DNA of 64,000 nt from Bdellovibrionales bacterium (GTDB taxonomy: Bacteria; Bdellovibrionota; Bdellovibrionia; Bdellovibrionales; JAGQZY01), in the NCBI GenBank assembly GCA_964230645.1, contig CAXRHT010000002.1, positions 1,184,001 through 1,248,000 on the forward strand. Direction: 5' to 3'. The notes under the pieces are model-generated. The model had not been told where the DNA came from, searched no databases, and saw nothing but the letters and a program-made list of their open reading frames with translations. The stretch's first letter is position 1, and every line of letters begins with the position of its first letter. Positions 21,699 through 30,728 of the stretch are shown here, one piece after another. The position numbers and the translations under genes are program-made.

Positions 21699-21798
21699 TC
21701 TGTAAGCCTCTTTAACTCTCTAAAAATACTAGCGAAATCCTGTTCTTAGTTAACTTAAAACAGGCCACCAGCGCTCGTTTCAACAATATAGACCGGCG

Positions 21799-21828
21799 AG
21801 TATGCACAATCGGGGTGGCCTTTGTCAA
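21799..21828 (-). promoter_or_regulatory. Putative sigma70 promoter of the S10 operon
   Basis: TTGACA-18 nt-CATACT followed by a GC-rich discriminator (CGCCGG), ~100 nt upstream of rpsJ. Confidence 0.6.
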
Positions 21829-21974
21829 AGGGAGTTTTCGGAATTTTTTAAGAAATTTCGACAACTTTATCCCTTGCGGCGTAAGTGCTGGAACTCGTGT
21901 GACACGAATGCTTCAAACACTCTTAATCGTCAAGATTTTTGACGATTGGGACGGGGAATTTCTACATTTTACTC

Positions 21975-22066
21975 AGATCCTTCGGCTTCGCCTCAGGATG
22001 ACAGGGCTTAGCCTCGGTATGACAGAGCCTCGCCTCAGGATGACAGAGCCTCGCCTTAGGATGGCA
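21975..22066. repeat. REP-like array B (3' of fusA): one full unit plus three 21-bp partial units
   Basis: AGATCCTTCGGCTTCGCCTCAGGATGACA then (GAGCCTCGCCTCAGGATGACA)-like x3. Confidence 0.88.
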
Positions 22067-22081
22067 AAGTGGGAGGGGGGC

Positions 22082-24181
22082 TTAGATTCGGCCCATATGT
22101 TGAAGAATTTCTTTTTGCACTCTCTCGGGAATAAGAGCGTACTCTTCAAATCTCATCATAAAGGTTCCGCGCCCTTGAGTGAGCGAGCGAAGATCGGTAG
22201 CGTAGCCAAAAAGCTCTGCTAGCGGGGCTTCCGCCTGAATGGCTTGCAAATGACCTTTGGCGTTTGTGGCAATCACCTTTCCACGGCGAGAATTGATATC
22301 GCCAATCACTGATCCGAGGAAATCATCGGGACACACCACCTCTAGCTTAAACATGGGCTCCATCAGCTCGCATTTGGCATTTTGCAGAGCTTCGCGCAGC
22401 GCCATAGAACCGGCAATCTGAAAAGCAGCCTCATGAGCGGACTCTTCTTCAAACTCTAATTTATCAATGGTCGCTTTGACGCCAAGAACCTGGTAGCCAG
22501 CAATGACGCCGTTTTCTAGTGCCTCGGTGACTCCTTTGATGACCGCCTGTTTAAAACTAGGGGTTAAACGGCTATCGTCCACGGCAAGACTGACCTTGTT
22601 CTCGGGTCCGGATTCTGATTTTTCAATTTTTACAGAAACAGTGGCCGATTGGAGCTTGCCAGCCACTTCGCGCTCAAAGTGGCGACTCGCACTAGCGGCC
22701 TTAGAAATAGTCTCTCTGTAAGAAACCTGGGGCTCTCCCACATTGGCTTCCACTTTAAATTCTCTTTTTAAGCGATCAATAAGAATCTCTAAGTGCAACT
22801 CCCCCATCCCACTTAAAAGAAGCTGTCCTGTTTCATTGTCGGTGCGCAGGTTACTAGATGGATCTTCTTGAATGAGACGATCCAAGCTTTCCATCATCTT
22901 TTTTTGATCAGCTGTCGACTTCGCTTCGATCACAACAGAAATCACAGGATCAGGAAACTCGATGGCCTCAAGAATCACGGGATGGGCAGTCTCACAGATG
23001 GTGTCTCCTGTGGCTGTAAACTTTAAGCCTACAACCGCACCAATATCACCAGCTTTAAGCTCTTTAAGCTCCTCACGGGTGTTAGCGTGCATTCTTACAA
23101 GACGTGTGATTCTCTCTTTTTTATCTTGCCTTGGATTGTAAAGCTGGGAGCCGGCTTTGACTACACCCGAGTACACTCGGACATAAGTCAATGAACCTGC
23201 GAAGCTGTCACTGGCTACTTTAAATGCAAGAGCGACTGTGTTGTCGTCAAAATCTGTTTTACAGGTAATGTTTTTTTCTGGCTTTTTAGCATCCACACCC
23301 ACGATGTCGGGACGATCAAGAGGGCTTGGTAGAAATTGAATGATCGCACTTAAAAGAGGCTGCACCCCTTTATTTTTAAAGGCCGAGCCACAAAGAACGG
23401 GAGTTACTCTTAAATCAAGGGTGCAGTCACGAAGGGTTTTTACAAGAAGCTCTTGAGGAATTTCCTCGCCACCCAGATAAAGCTCTGCGAGTTCATCAGA
23501 GTGATCGGCCAGCGCCTCAATGAGCGTGTCTCTTCCTAATTGATACTCCTCCTGTAAATCACTCGGGATGTCGCGCTCTTCAAATTTAGCGTCTTTATCA
23601 TCACCATCCCAAATGAAAGCTTTTCCAGAGAGAAGATCGATGACGCCTGAGAATTCATCCTCAGAACCAATGGGTCTATGGATGGGAGCGGGAACAGCCG
23701 CGAGTTTCTCGCGGATAGAGTCCACACTCATATCAAAGTCAGCACCCACGCGGTCCATTTTGTTAATAAAACAGATGCGAGGCACCTTATAGCGATCCGC
23801 TTGGCGCCACACGGTTTCTGATTGAGGCTCCACCCCACTAACCGCATCAAAGACAGCCACAGCCCCATCAAGGACTCTTAATGAGCGCTCCACTTCGATT
23901 GTGAAGTCCACATGTCCCGGAGTATCGATGATGTTGATTCTATGATCATTCCAAAAAGTGGTGGTTGCCGCTGAGGTGATGGTAATTCCACGTTCCTGCT
24001 CTTGCTCCATCCAGTCCATAGTGGCATCGCCATCATGAACTTCTCCGATTTTGTAGTTTTTCCCGGAGTAGTAGAGAATTCTCTCTGTGGTGGTGGTCTT
24101 CCCGGCATCAATATGGGCCATGATTCCAATATTGCGGGTAAAGGCGAGCTCTTCTATTTTTTGTGGATCGGCAACTGACAT
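22082..24181 (-). CDS. fusA: Elongation factor G, divergent domain IV (EF-G2 / recycling-type)
   Basis: [42 protein letters not shown]; domain IV loop motifs degenerate. Confidence 0.95.
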   Translation of the reverse strand: MSVADPQKIEELAFTRNIGIMAHIDAGKTTTTERILYYSGKNYKIGEVHDGDATMDWMEQEQERGITITSAATTTFWNDHRINIIDTPGHVDFTIEVERSLRVLDGAVAVFDAVSGVEPQSETVWRQADRYKVPRICFINKMDRVGADFDMSVDSIREKLAAVPAPIHRPIGSEDEFSGVIDLLSGKAFIWDGDDKDAKFEERDIPSDLQEEYQLGRDTLIEALADHSDELAELYLGGEEIPQELLVKTLRDCTLDLRVTPVLCGSAFKNKGVQPLLSAIIQFLPSPLDRPDIVGVDAKKPEKNITCKTDFDDNTVALAFKVASDSFAGSLTYVRVYSGVVKAGSQLYNPRQDKKERITRLVRMHANTREELKELKAGDIGAVVGLKFTATGDTICETAHPVILEAIEFPDPVISVVIEAKSTADQKKMMESLDRLIQEDPSSNLRTDNETGQLLLSGMGELHLEILIDRLKREFKVEANVGEPQVSYRETISKAASASRHFEREVAGKLQSATVSVKIEKSESGPENKVSLAVDDSRLTPSFKQAVIKGVTEALENGVIAGYQVLGVKATIDKLEFEEESAHEAAFQIAGSMALREALQNAKCELMEPMFKLEVVCPDDFLGSVIGDINSRRGKVIATNAKGHLQAIQAEAPLAELFGYATDLRSLTQGRGTFMMRFEEYALIPERVQKEILQHMGRI

Positions 24182-24268
24182 AGATTCGAGTTTTAGTATA
24201 AATTTCGAGCCATTGCGAGGAAAAACCCTGGAGTGGGCTTTATGGCGCGACACTTCTTAAAAAGTATT

Positions 24269-24631
24269 TCAGTCTTTTTTGGCGCGAAAACAATGAACCT
24301 CATCAATAGGAATTCCTCCACTGTAACCTTGCATTTTAACGAGGTTAAAGGTTTTACCGGTCCCCTGCACAGCCATATAACAGGGCCCCCAGCTGCTACG
24401 ATAATAGCGACTTTGCTCACTGTGGTAGCTATCTTGTGAAGGTAAATAAGCAGAATTGTAACCATGAATGGAGCAAACGTAGGACGCACTCCCGCCGGCG
24501 CCTGTTTCACAAAAGGGAAGTCCGTTGAAAGTGGGAGACTTCACTATCTTTTTCTCCATATCCTCTTCAAGTGGAGCCGTGAGGGCTTCATGGGAAAAGG
24601 ATAGCAAAAATAAAAACATTAGAGCTTTCAT
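24269..24631 (-). CDS. Small secreted hypothetical protein with 4 Cys
   Basis: Signal-peptide-like MKALMFLFLLSFSHEALTA; no recognisable family; start uncertain. Confidence 0.55.
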   Translation of the reverse strand: MKALMFLFLLSFSHEALTAPLEEDMEKKIVKSPTFNGLPFCETGAGGSASYVCSIHGYNSAYLPSQDSYHSEQSRYYRSSWGPCYMAVQGTGKTFNLVKMQGYSGGIPIDEVHCFRAKKD

Positions 24632-24864
24632 ACTGGGCATTTTAGCAGATTTTAAAAAAACTTGGCTGAACACTGAAGGTTTTGAATAGTTTTCAATGCC
24701 AAGTCTTCAAGTAGGTTGAAAGATCCCTTGTACCGCAAGGAGTTACTATCCCGTTAGTTCCAGATACTGCGACTTATGGGGGTTCCTCAAATAAAAAGTC
24801 AAAACTGGAGGCGAGGCGGAAAAAGAGGCCTGGAGGGCGTGCTGGTCGAACGAAGGTCCTCGGT

Positions 24865-24994
24865 AACCTCGTAGGGACATGAACATGGAAAAAACAAACC
24901 GCGGCTCCTGCCTAACCTTAATTTTGCCCTGTGGGCAAAAACGCGTCCGCTTTAAGGAGGTTCGTTTTTTCCATGTTCATGCCCCTACGAGGTT
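24865..24994. mobile_element. MITE/REPIN-like element with 36-bp terminal inverted repeats
   Basis: 24865-24900 is the reverse complement of 24959-24994 with 2 mismatches; internal TTTTGCCC-TGT-GGGCAAAA hairpin; non-coding. Confidence 0.6.
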
Positions 24995-25054
24995 GTCGTG
25001 GATTGATCGATAATTCCTTTGATCGAGCTCTTTAATAATAAAAACTTTTGAAGT

Positions 25055-25717
25055 TTACACTTTTGTTTTTTGGGCTAGAACGAAACCTTGAGTTAATGGG
25101 ATCATTTTAAAGATGAAGCTGTCGAGTTTTCGGCCGTAAGACAGGCAGACGTCTTCGACTTCTCGCATTTTCAAGGGGCGCTCATCGGGGAAGGCCCAAA
25201 CGCCTGCTTTTTCCATAAGCTTTCTTGTCATTCGATACTGAAGAGTTGGAGTTGGGAAACTTATAAGAACGAGTCCGCCTTCTGTGACGAGATCAAAATG
25301 CTTTTTTATAATTTCTTTTGTTCCCTCGGGCTCAAAGTGCTCAATGAGTCCTACACTAAAACAAAGATCGTACTTTTTGCGGATCTCTGGCTTTAGTGGT
25401 TTTATGAGATCTTGTTCATAGGCGGCTATGGGAATGGCTGTGGGAAAGTCTTTTTCTTTAAAAAGACTCACACCGAATTCGTTTTTGTCGATGATGTCGT
25501 ATTGAGAGCACATACCCGATTCTATAAGGCCTTCGGCAAAACAGCTGTTTGCGCCACCAAGTTCGCACACACTGAGTTGGGCTTTGTCTTGGATCGTAAG
25601 TGACCTTTTAAAAAGATCGACCAATAGCTTTTGAGTCAATCCTCTTGTCACTCCTGTTACTGGAGAAGGATTTTTGTAGTACTCGGTCCAATTGGTTTCT
25701 AGTGAAGTTTGTGACAT
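25055..25717 (-). CDS. Class I SAM-dependent methyltransferase
   Basis: VCELGGANSCF (motif I), YDLCFSVGLIEHF, GGLVLISFP; start MSQTS overlaps the upstream gene end. Confidence 0.85.
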   Translation of the reverse strand: MSQTSLETNWTEYYKNPSPVTGVTRGLTQKLLVDLFKRSLTIQDKAQLSVCELGGANSCFAEGLIESGMCSQYDIIDKNEFGVSLFKEKDFPTAIPIAAYEQDLIKPLKPEIRKKYDLCFSVGLIEHFEPEGTKEIIKKHFDLVTEGGLVLISFPTPTLQYRMTRKLMEKAGVWAFPDERPLKMREVEDVCLSYGRKLDSFIFKMIPLTQGFVLAQKTKV

Positions 25718-27495
25718 TCCCATCCCTTTTGGCCCTGCACCAACAGTAAAGGGTTGTTGCGGGACACGTTTATGCAAGCGTTATATTGAATGCCCGAAAG
25801 TTTGGCAAGTTGAGAGTAAATTTCATCGTCACCTTTGTAGACGAGTATGAAATCATACTTAGAGAGGCTTTGGTGAAAATTCTCATCAATTTTAACAGCC
25901 CAGTGATTTTGCGGGTTTTGGGAAAATGAAAAGCGTCCCGCCCAGGAAATCAATTTTGGGTAACTCATGAGGCTAGAGTATCGAGTTTGAACAAGGTCGG
26001 AGCCATCATCACCTTGAGAGACAAAAAGTCCTCTAGAATTATCTGATGGGATATGGGGAGCGACTTGTCTCCATAGAGCTTTAAACTTATGAGCCTCGCC
26101 GCGGATTCTGATTTGGGGTTCGATAAACCTGAAAAGACCTACCAGGATTAAAAGAATTACCAGGTAGTTCTTTCTCATTGGCCTTAGGAGGTCGGCCAGC
26201 TTTCTTCTGTTTATGAAAACTAGAGTAAAACAAAGAGGAAGAAGGAGGACGGAATAGTAGCGCTCAAAGGATGCAATGATTTTAGCTTCATAAGGCTGAA
26301 AGAAGAAGACGTACATTACAAACATCATGATGAAGTAAAATACGAGTGTGAGAACGACGGGGTTTTTGAAAGTATTCATTAAACTGATTTTTTTTCTGTA
26401 AAGATAAATGACAATGAGACTCACGAAGACTTCAAAATAGCCTAAAAAATTAAATAACTTTTTAAGCATTTTTCCAAAGATAGCTCCGCTCTGGCTAAAA
26501 AACTCATTCATCGGTAGATGGGTCAACCCTCCCGGCTGGAAGGGGTAGTCCACAAAACTGGTCTTTGATTTCCATAGTGCTAAGGCAGGCAGAGTCACGG
26601 CTAAAATTGTAAGAGAAACTCCAAGTGCTGATTTCCAGCGCTTGTCACGACCTAAAAACAAGATAAGCGGCAATAGGATAATGAAGTTTGAGTTTTTCAA
26701 AAAAATCAATAGAACACCTAGAAGACTCAATAATATAACTTGCGTTCTTTGGGAGTTCGTAATTCCACCAGCCGCTAGAATGAAAAACAAACTGAGCAAA
26801 TGAAGTTGAGGCCATTCAATGAGTACATCCGTCGGTAAGCCTTTTAGAAAAAGTAAAGAAAAAATAAGAGGCAGGGTTAAACCAAAAAAAGCTTTCTTAA
26901 GATAAGGGTAAAGCCCTGCAAACAATGCAATCCACGATAACAGAGGCACGATCATGTAATTGACCTTGAGGGGGTCCACACCAAGAAGAATCGTGGGATA
27001 GGCTAGAGTGATTGGGTAAAGCGGTGGGTAGGAAAGTGTCAGAACATTGTAGAAATTCTCAGAGACTAAGGTTCCAAACTGAGAGAGCTGCACCGGATAG
27101 GTCAGCCAATGGGAGAACTCATCCCATTGAGTGGGAAGGTAGGGAGTTCGACCATAAAGAGAAAGAATAAAACTCCAGAGGAGAAAAAGATAAAGCGCTG
27201 GCTTTGAATCCTTTTCCTGAAGCAGTGGTTTAATAAAGAAAAAACCAGTGAGCGAAATTAAAAAGACCACTACGGTGACCGGAAAGAGAGGAAGGCCGAA
27301 AAGTCCTGAGAAGATAAAAATAATCAGAGGACCGATGTAAAGACTGGGTAGGAGTAAAATCGGACTATGAAGGTTGACGCAGCGAGAAAGCAGTGAAAAG
27401 ACACCCAGAATAGAAATAAGGTGAACCAAATAATAAGCCAGACGGCCAGCCCCGTTGAGACTCAGAAAGGAAAACACAGAGTTCATGTCAAACAT
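25699..27495 (-). CDS. Polytopic membrane protein, GT-C-like (polyprenol-phosphate-sugar-dependent) glycosyltransferase candidate
   Basis: Many TM segments; WDEFSHW loop motif, YPP, K.S and ERY motifs typical of GT-C/GtrC-like proteins; start at 27495 or 27486. Confidence 0.6.
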   Translation of the reverse strand: MFDMNSVFSFLSLNGAGRLAYYLVHLISILGVFSLLSRCVNLHSPILLLPSLYIGPLIIFIFSGLFGLPLFPVTVVVFLISLTGFFFIKPLLQEKDSKPALYLFLLWSFILSLYGRTPYLPTQWDEFSHWLTYPVQLSQFGTLVSENFYNVLTLSYPPLYPITLAYPTILLGVDPLKVNYMIVPLLSWIALFAGLYPYLKKAFFGLTLPLIFSLLFLKGLPTDVLIEWPQLHLLSLFFILAAGGITNSQRTQVILLSLLGVLLIFLKNSNFIILLPLILFLGRDKRWKSALGVSLTILAVTLPALALWKSKTSFVDYPFQPGGLTHLPMNEFFSQSGAIFGKMLKKLFNFLGYFEVFVSLIVIYLYRKKISLMNTFKNPVVLTLVFYFIMMFVMYVFFFQPYEAKIIASFERYYSVLLLPLCFTLVFINRRKLADLLRPMRKNYLVILLILVGLFRFIEPQIRIRGEAHKFKALWRQVAPHIPSDNSRGLFVSQGDDGSDLVQTRYSSLMSYPKLISWAGRFSFSQNPQNHWAVKIDENFHQSLSKYDFILVYKGDDEIYSQLAKLSGIQYNACINVSRNNPLLLVQGQKGWECHKLH

Positions 27496-28513
27496 CCGAT
27501 TGGTCGTACCAGCATTGAATCCCGATGTAAAATTGAAAGAAGTCGTCAGCCAACTCTCCCCTCTTCCCGTTGTCGTTGTGAACGATGGTTCGAAAAAAGA
27601 ATGTAATGTCTTTTTTGAAGAGCTTAAAGAATTATCCCACGTCGAAGTGATAGCGCATGCGGTGAATCTCGGAAAAGGGGCTGCACTGAAAACGGCCTTT
27701 AATCATATTTTAGTGAACTATCCCGAGACAGCTTCTGTGATCACTTTTGATGCTGATGGCCAGCACAAACCGGAAGATATTAAAAGACTTGTGGAACAGG
27801 CTTCAAAAACGCCTGAACAATTTATTTTGGGAAGTCGTAACTTCAAAGGCCAAGGGATTCCTTTAAGAAGTCAGTTTGGAAATATCCTCACCCAAAAGCT
27901 TTTCCGTTTTTTTGTGGGACAAAAAATCCAAGACACTCAAACAGGACTTCGAGCCATTCCGTCCGCGAGCATGAGGTCGGCTCTGCAAATTAAATCCAAT
28001 GGTTATGATTTTGAATTCGATATGCTGGTAAGCTCGGCTCACGATGGAATTCAGTTAAACGAGATTACAATAGAGACCGTGTATATTGACGACAATGCAA
28101 GCTCTCACTTTAGACCATTGCTTGATTCCATTGCGATCTATTTTGTTTTTATTCGTTTCCTTTTCTCCTCTCTTGCCACCACCCTTACGGACAATCTAAT
28201 CTTCATTCCCGTTTATTATATCTCCGGAAATCTTTTTGCTGCGATTGCTTCGGGCCGAGTGGTCGCCACGGGAGTGAGTTTTTATCTTAATCGACAGATT
28301 GTGTTTCACAGCCAAGGTAAAGCCTTTTATCAGCTCTGCAAGTTTGTTGCCCTAGTCTGCTTTATGGTTTTTGCCTCTTACCCGTTAACAAAGGTTCTTA
28401 TTAATCAAGGATTCCCAGCTGTGCCCTCTAAAATTGTGGTTGAGCTTTTCCTATTTATTTTTAGCTTTGCCGTACAAAGAGTTTTCGTTTTTCCCAACAA
28501 AAACTGGCAATAA
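27485..28513 (+). CDS. Bifunctional GT2 glycosyltransferase / GtrA-family protein
   Basis: VVPALNP, VNDGS, NLGKGAALK, DADGQH, DTQTGLR, then a 4-TM GtrA domain ending QRVFVF. Confidence 0.9.
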   Translation: MSNIRLVVPALNPDVKLKEVVSQLSPLPVVVVNDGSKKECNVFFEELKELSHVEVIAHAVNLGKGAALKTAFNHILVNYPETASVITFDADGQHKPEDIKRLVEQASKTPEQFILGSRNFKGQGIPLRSQFGNILTQKLFRFFVGQKIQDTQTGLRAIPSASMRSALQIKSNGYDFEFDMLVSSAHDGIQLNEITIETVYIDDNASSHFRPLLDSIAIYFVFIRFLFSSLATTLTDNLIFIPVYYISGNLFAAIASGRVVATGVSFYLNRQIVFHSQGKAFYQLCKFVALVCFMVFASYPLTKVLINQGFPAVPSKIVVELFLFIFSFAVQRVFVFPNKNWQ

Positions 28514-28628
28514 AAGACAAATGCTGGTTTCCTTTTGAGAGCAACCATTGTTTGCGCCCAAAAGGGCCCTCGGGTGGCATGCTATTTAAGTTTAAAATTT
28601 TTGGTTCTTATGAAAATCAATGACGCTA

Positions 28629-29204
28629 CTAAAATATAGCGGGACTGTGGCGAATATTCTCGCTAGCTAGAAAAGCCACCTCAATAATTCGACGCTCTCT
28701 GGTTTCGGCTCTGCGTGCGGCTTTAATCCAGTGAAGCACACCCTTTTTGACACTCGCAGGAAATTGCTCGAAAAAGCCGGCAGCTTTAGGATAACGAGCC
28801 AATTCTTCTTTTAAATCCTCAGGAATAATTAAGTCTTCTACATCATCAAGAAAAAACCAACTTTCGTCTTTTTTAGCCTGTGCTATTTTTTCTCTTCCCG
28901 CCTCTGTCATGCGTCCCAACTTTTCCAACTTTTGCACCTTCTGTTTATTAACACGCGACCAGAGACTGCCTTTTTTTCGAGGAGAAATTAAACGCATGGT
29001 TCTTAACTCATCTTTTTTTCGAACCAGACCATCGATCCAACCAAAACAAAGCAGTTCGTCCACCAAGTCTGGGTATGGGATATAGTTTTTAGAACCCTTT
29101 TTATAGGTTACAAGCCAATGGCTTTGAGAAAGCTCGAAGTTTCCCTCAAGCCAGTCTCTAAGCTCATTTAGACTTTTCACCTCAATTTCCTTGTAAATCC
29201 TCAT
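28629..29204 (-). CDS. YdeI/OmpD-associated family protein
   Basis: LCFGWIDG, PRKKGSLWS.VNK, GRMTEAG, IPEDL, A.R.ETRERRI. Confidence 0.9.
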   Translation of the reverse strand: MRIYKEIEVKSLNELRDWLEGNFELSQSHWLVTYKKGSKNYIPYPDLVDELLCFGWIDGLVRKKDELRTMRLISPRKKGSLWSRVNKQKVQKLEKLGRMTEAGREKIAQAKKDESWFFLDDVEDLIIPEDLKEELARYPKAAGFFEQFPASVKKGVLHWIKAARRAETRERRIIEVAFLASENIRHSPAIF

Positions 29205-29395
29205 TACTTTCAACCTCTCATACCAATCTAAGGATTTTATACCAGGGACTCTAGAAAATTAAAGTTTCATTATGAGACACACTCCGAGAAAGAAACAATT
29301 TTTGTTAAACAGTAGACACAAATTTGACGCTCTACTCGTAGCTGCGCTTTTTCGTCTGGCCCTTTGCTTGCATTCATTTATTAGTGGAGGCCTTT

Positions 29396-30655
29396 ATGTC
29401 CATTTATAAAACCGCACTATTTATCTTAATTTTTTCTCCCCTAACGGCCGCGGCCGATCGCCCTGCCACTTTAGAACAGATTAGAGCTTGGTGTGCAGGC
29501 TCCGGAGAAGAGGATTTAAGAGTTACCAATATGACAAAAGCGGAAGCCTGCCGTTTTTATGGCTACGACCAAAATGGATATGGACCGTCACAATTCTCAC
29601 GAGTGTCGAACCAACAACCAGACACCGCAAGCGGGGTGAACCCACTTCCAAATAGAGGTGCTGGTGAAGAGGCTGCCTCTGCTAGTAACCCGACTTTAGC
29701 AGACTCTGGGCCTAATTCTGAAAATGCGGATACGCCGGCTCCTCTTTCGGGTCCAAGCGTAAACGGAGAAAACCCCTGCCAGAGTCCTGAGTTAACCTCA
29801 TTGATTCCTGAAGCAAATAGTGAACCCCCGCGATTCCCAAGAGCTCAAGGTGAGTATCTAACCTACGCCGAAGAACAAATCCGAGCAGGAAATATTCCCG
29901 ATCACATTCGACAACTGGTCCCCGTTCAAATGGAACAGGGAAATGGTTCTTGTATGGGTTCTAGTGAACCGATCACTTTGTGTGCTATGCCCGAGCCGAT
30001 CTCAATTGGCCCATCATCAAACTATGCCTACTCCCCCATCCGCTACAGCCAGGCCCACCAAATCGCTCGTGATTTTGGAATGATTTTACCGACAGAGGCC
30101 ATGGTCAATGCTACACTTCAAACTTCGGGAGCTACTCACGTCAGTCCTCTCACCCGTCCCTGGTATTCCGGAAATGGCGGTGATGGTACAATGACCCAGC
30201 CCTACCGCTTTCGGGAACAAAGTGATGCGATCAGAAATCAACTCGGCGGATCGGGAAATGGCAATCTCGTAGTCGGAACCCACAAAGATTATATTCTTAG
30301 AAATGGAGTTGGGATGAATGATGAAACTTTCACTCAACTTTCCCTTTACGGCTGGCACCGCAACACCGACCCAAGCAGTCGCTGGCAACCCGCTGGAATT
30401 CAACACGGTGACAGTCATGTGGACTACAGCCAAACCCCAAGGTTTTACAGTCAATGGGCTGTTGTGAATGGGCGTTGGGAAAATTTAACAGGCCTACTGC
30501 AAAATCCTGAATGTGCTGCAACCCTTAATGGAGGCTCAGCACTCAATGGTAATATTGCGACAGCATTCTCAAACCCAGAGGCACGACCACCATCAGGCGC
30601 TGTGGAAGTGGCACCTGTTGAAGATTCTTCTGGAGCTACCAGTTCAGAACTTTAA
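29396..30655 (+). CDS. Secreted protein of a conserved uncharacterised family
   Basis: Signal peptide, low-complexity linker, core motifs LPT..MV, G.HKD, LYGWH, QP...H...VDYS. Confidence 0.7.
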   Translation: MSIYKTALFILIFSPLTAAADRPATLEQIRAWCAGSGEEDLRVTNMTKAEACRFYGYDQNGYGPSQFSRVSNQQPDTASGVNPLPNRGAGEEAASASNPTLADSGPNSENADTPAPLSGPSVNGENPCQSPELTSLIPEANSEPPRFPRAQGEYLTYAEEQIRAGNIPDHIRQLVPVQMEQGNGSCMGSSEPITLCAMPEPISIGPSSNYAYSPIRYSQAHQIARDFGMILPTEAMVNATLQTSGATHVSPLTRPWYSGNGGDGTMTQPYRFREQSDAIRNQLGGSGNGNLVVGTHKDYILRNGVGMNDETFTQLSLYGWHRNTDPSSRWQPAGIQHGDSHVDYSQTPRFYSQWAVVNGRWENLTGLLQNPECAATLNGGSALNGNIATAFSNPEARPPSGAVEVAPVEDSSGATSSEL

Positions 30656-30666
30656 CGTTTTTAAGT

Positions 30667-30699
30667 AAAAAAAAAGCCTCTTTAGTAAGAGGCTTTTTT
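30667..30699. terminator. Bidirectional intrinsic terminator between rpsG and the convergent hypothetical gene
   Basis: A-tract, GCCTCTT-loop-AAGAGGC stem, T-tract. Confidence 0.88.
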
Positions 30700-30728
30700 G
30701 ATGACTTCTCTTTTTTAAATGAGAGAGC

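Noticed and set aside
21815..22222. 135-aa plus-strand ORF with MTEPRLR repeats
   Set aside because: It is the translation of the 21-bp REP-like array plus antisense fusA; no independent coding evidence
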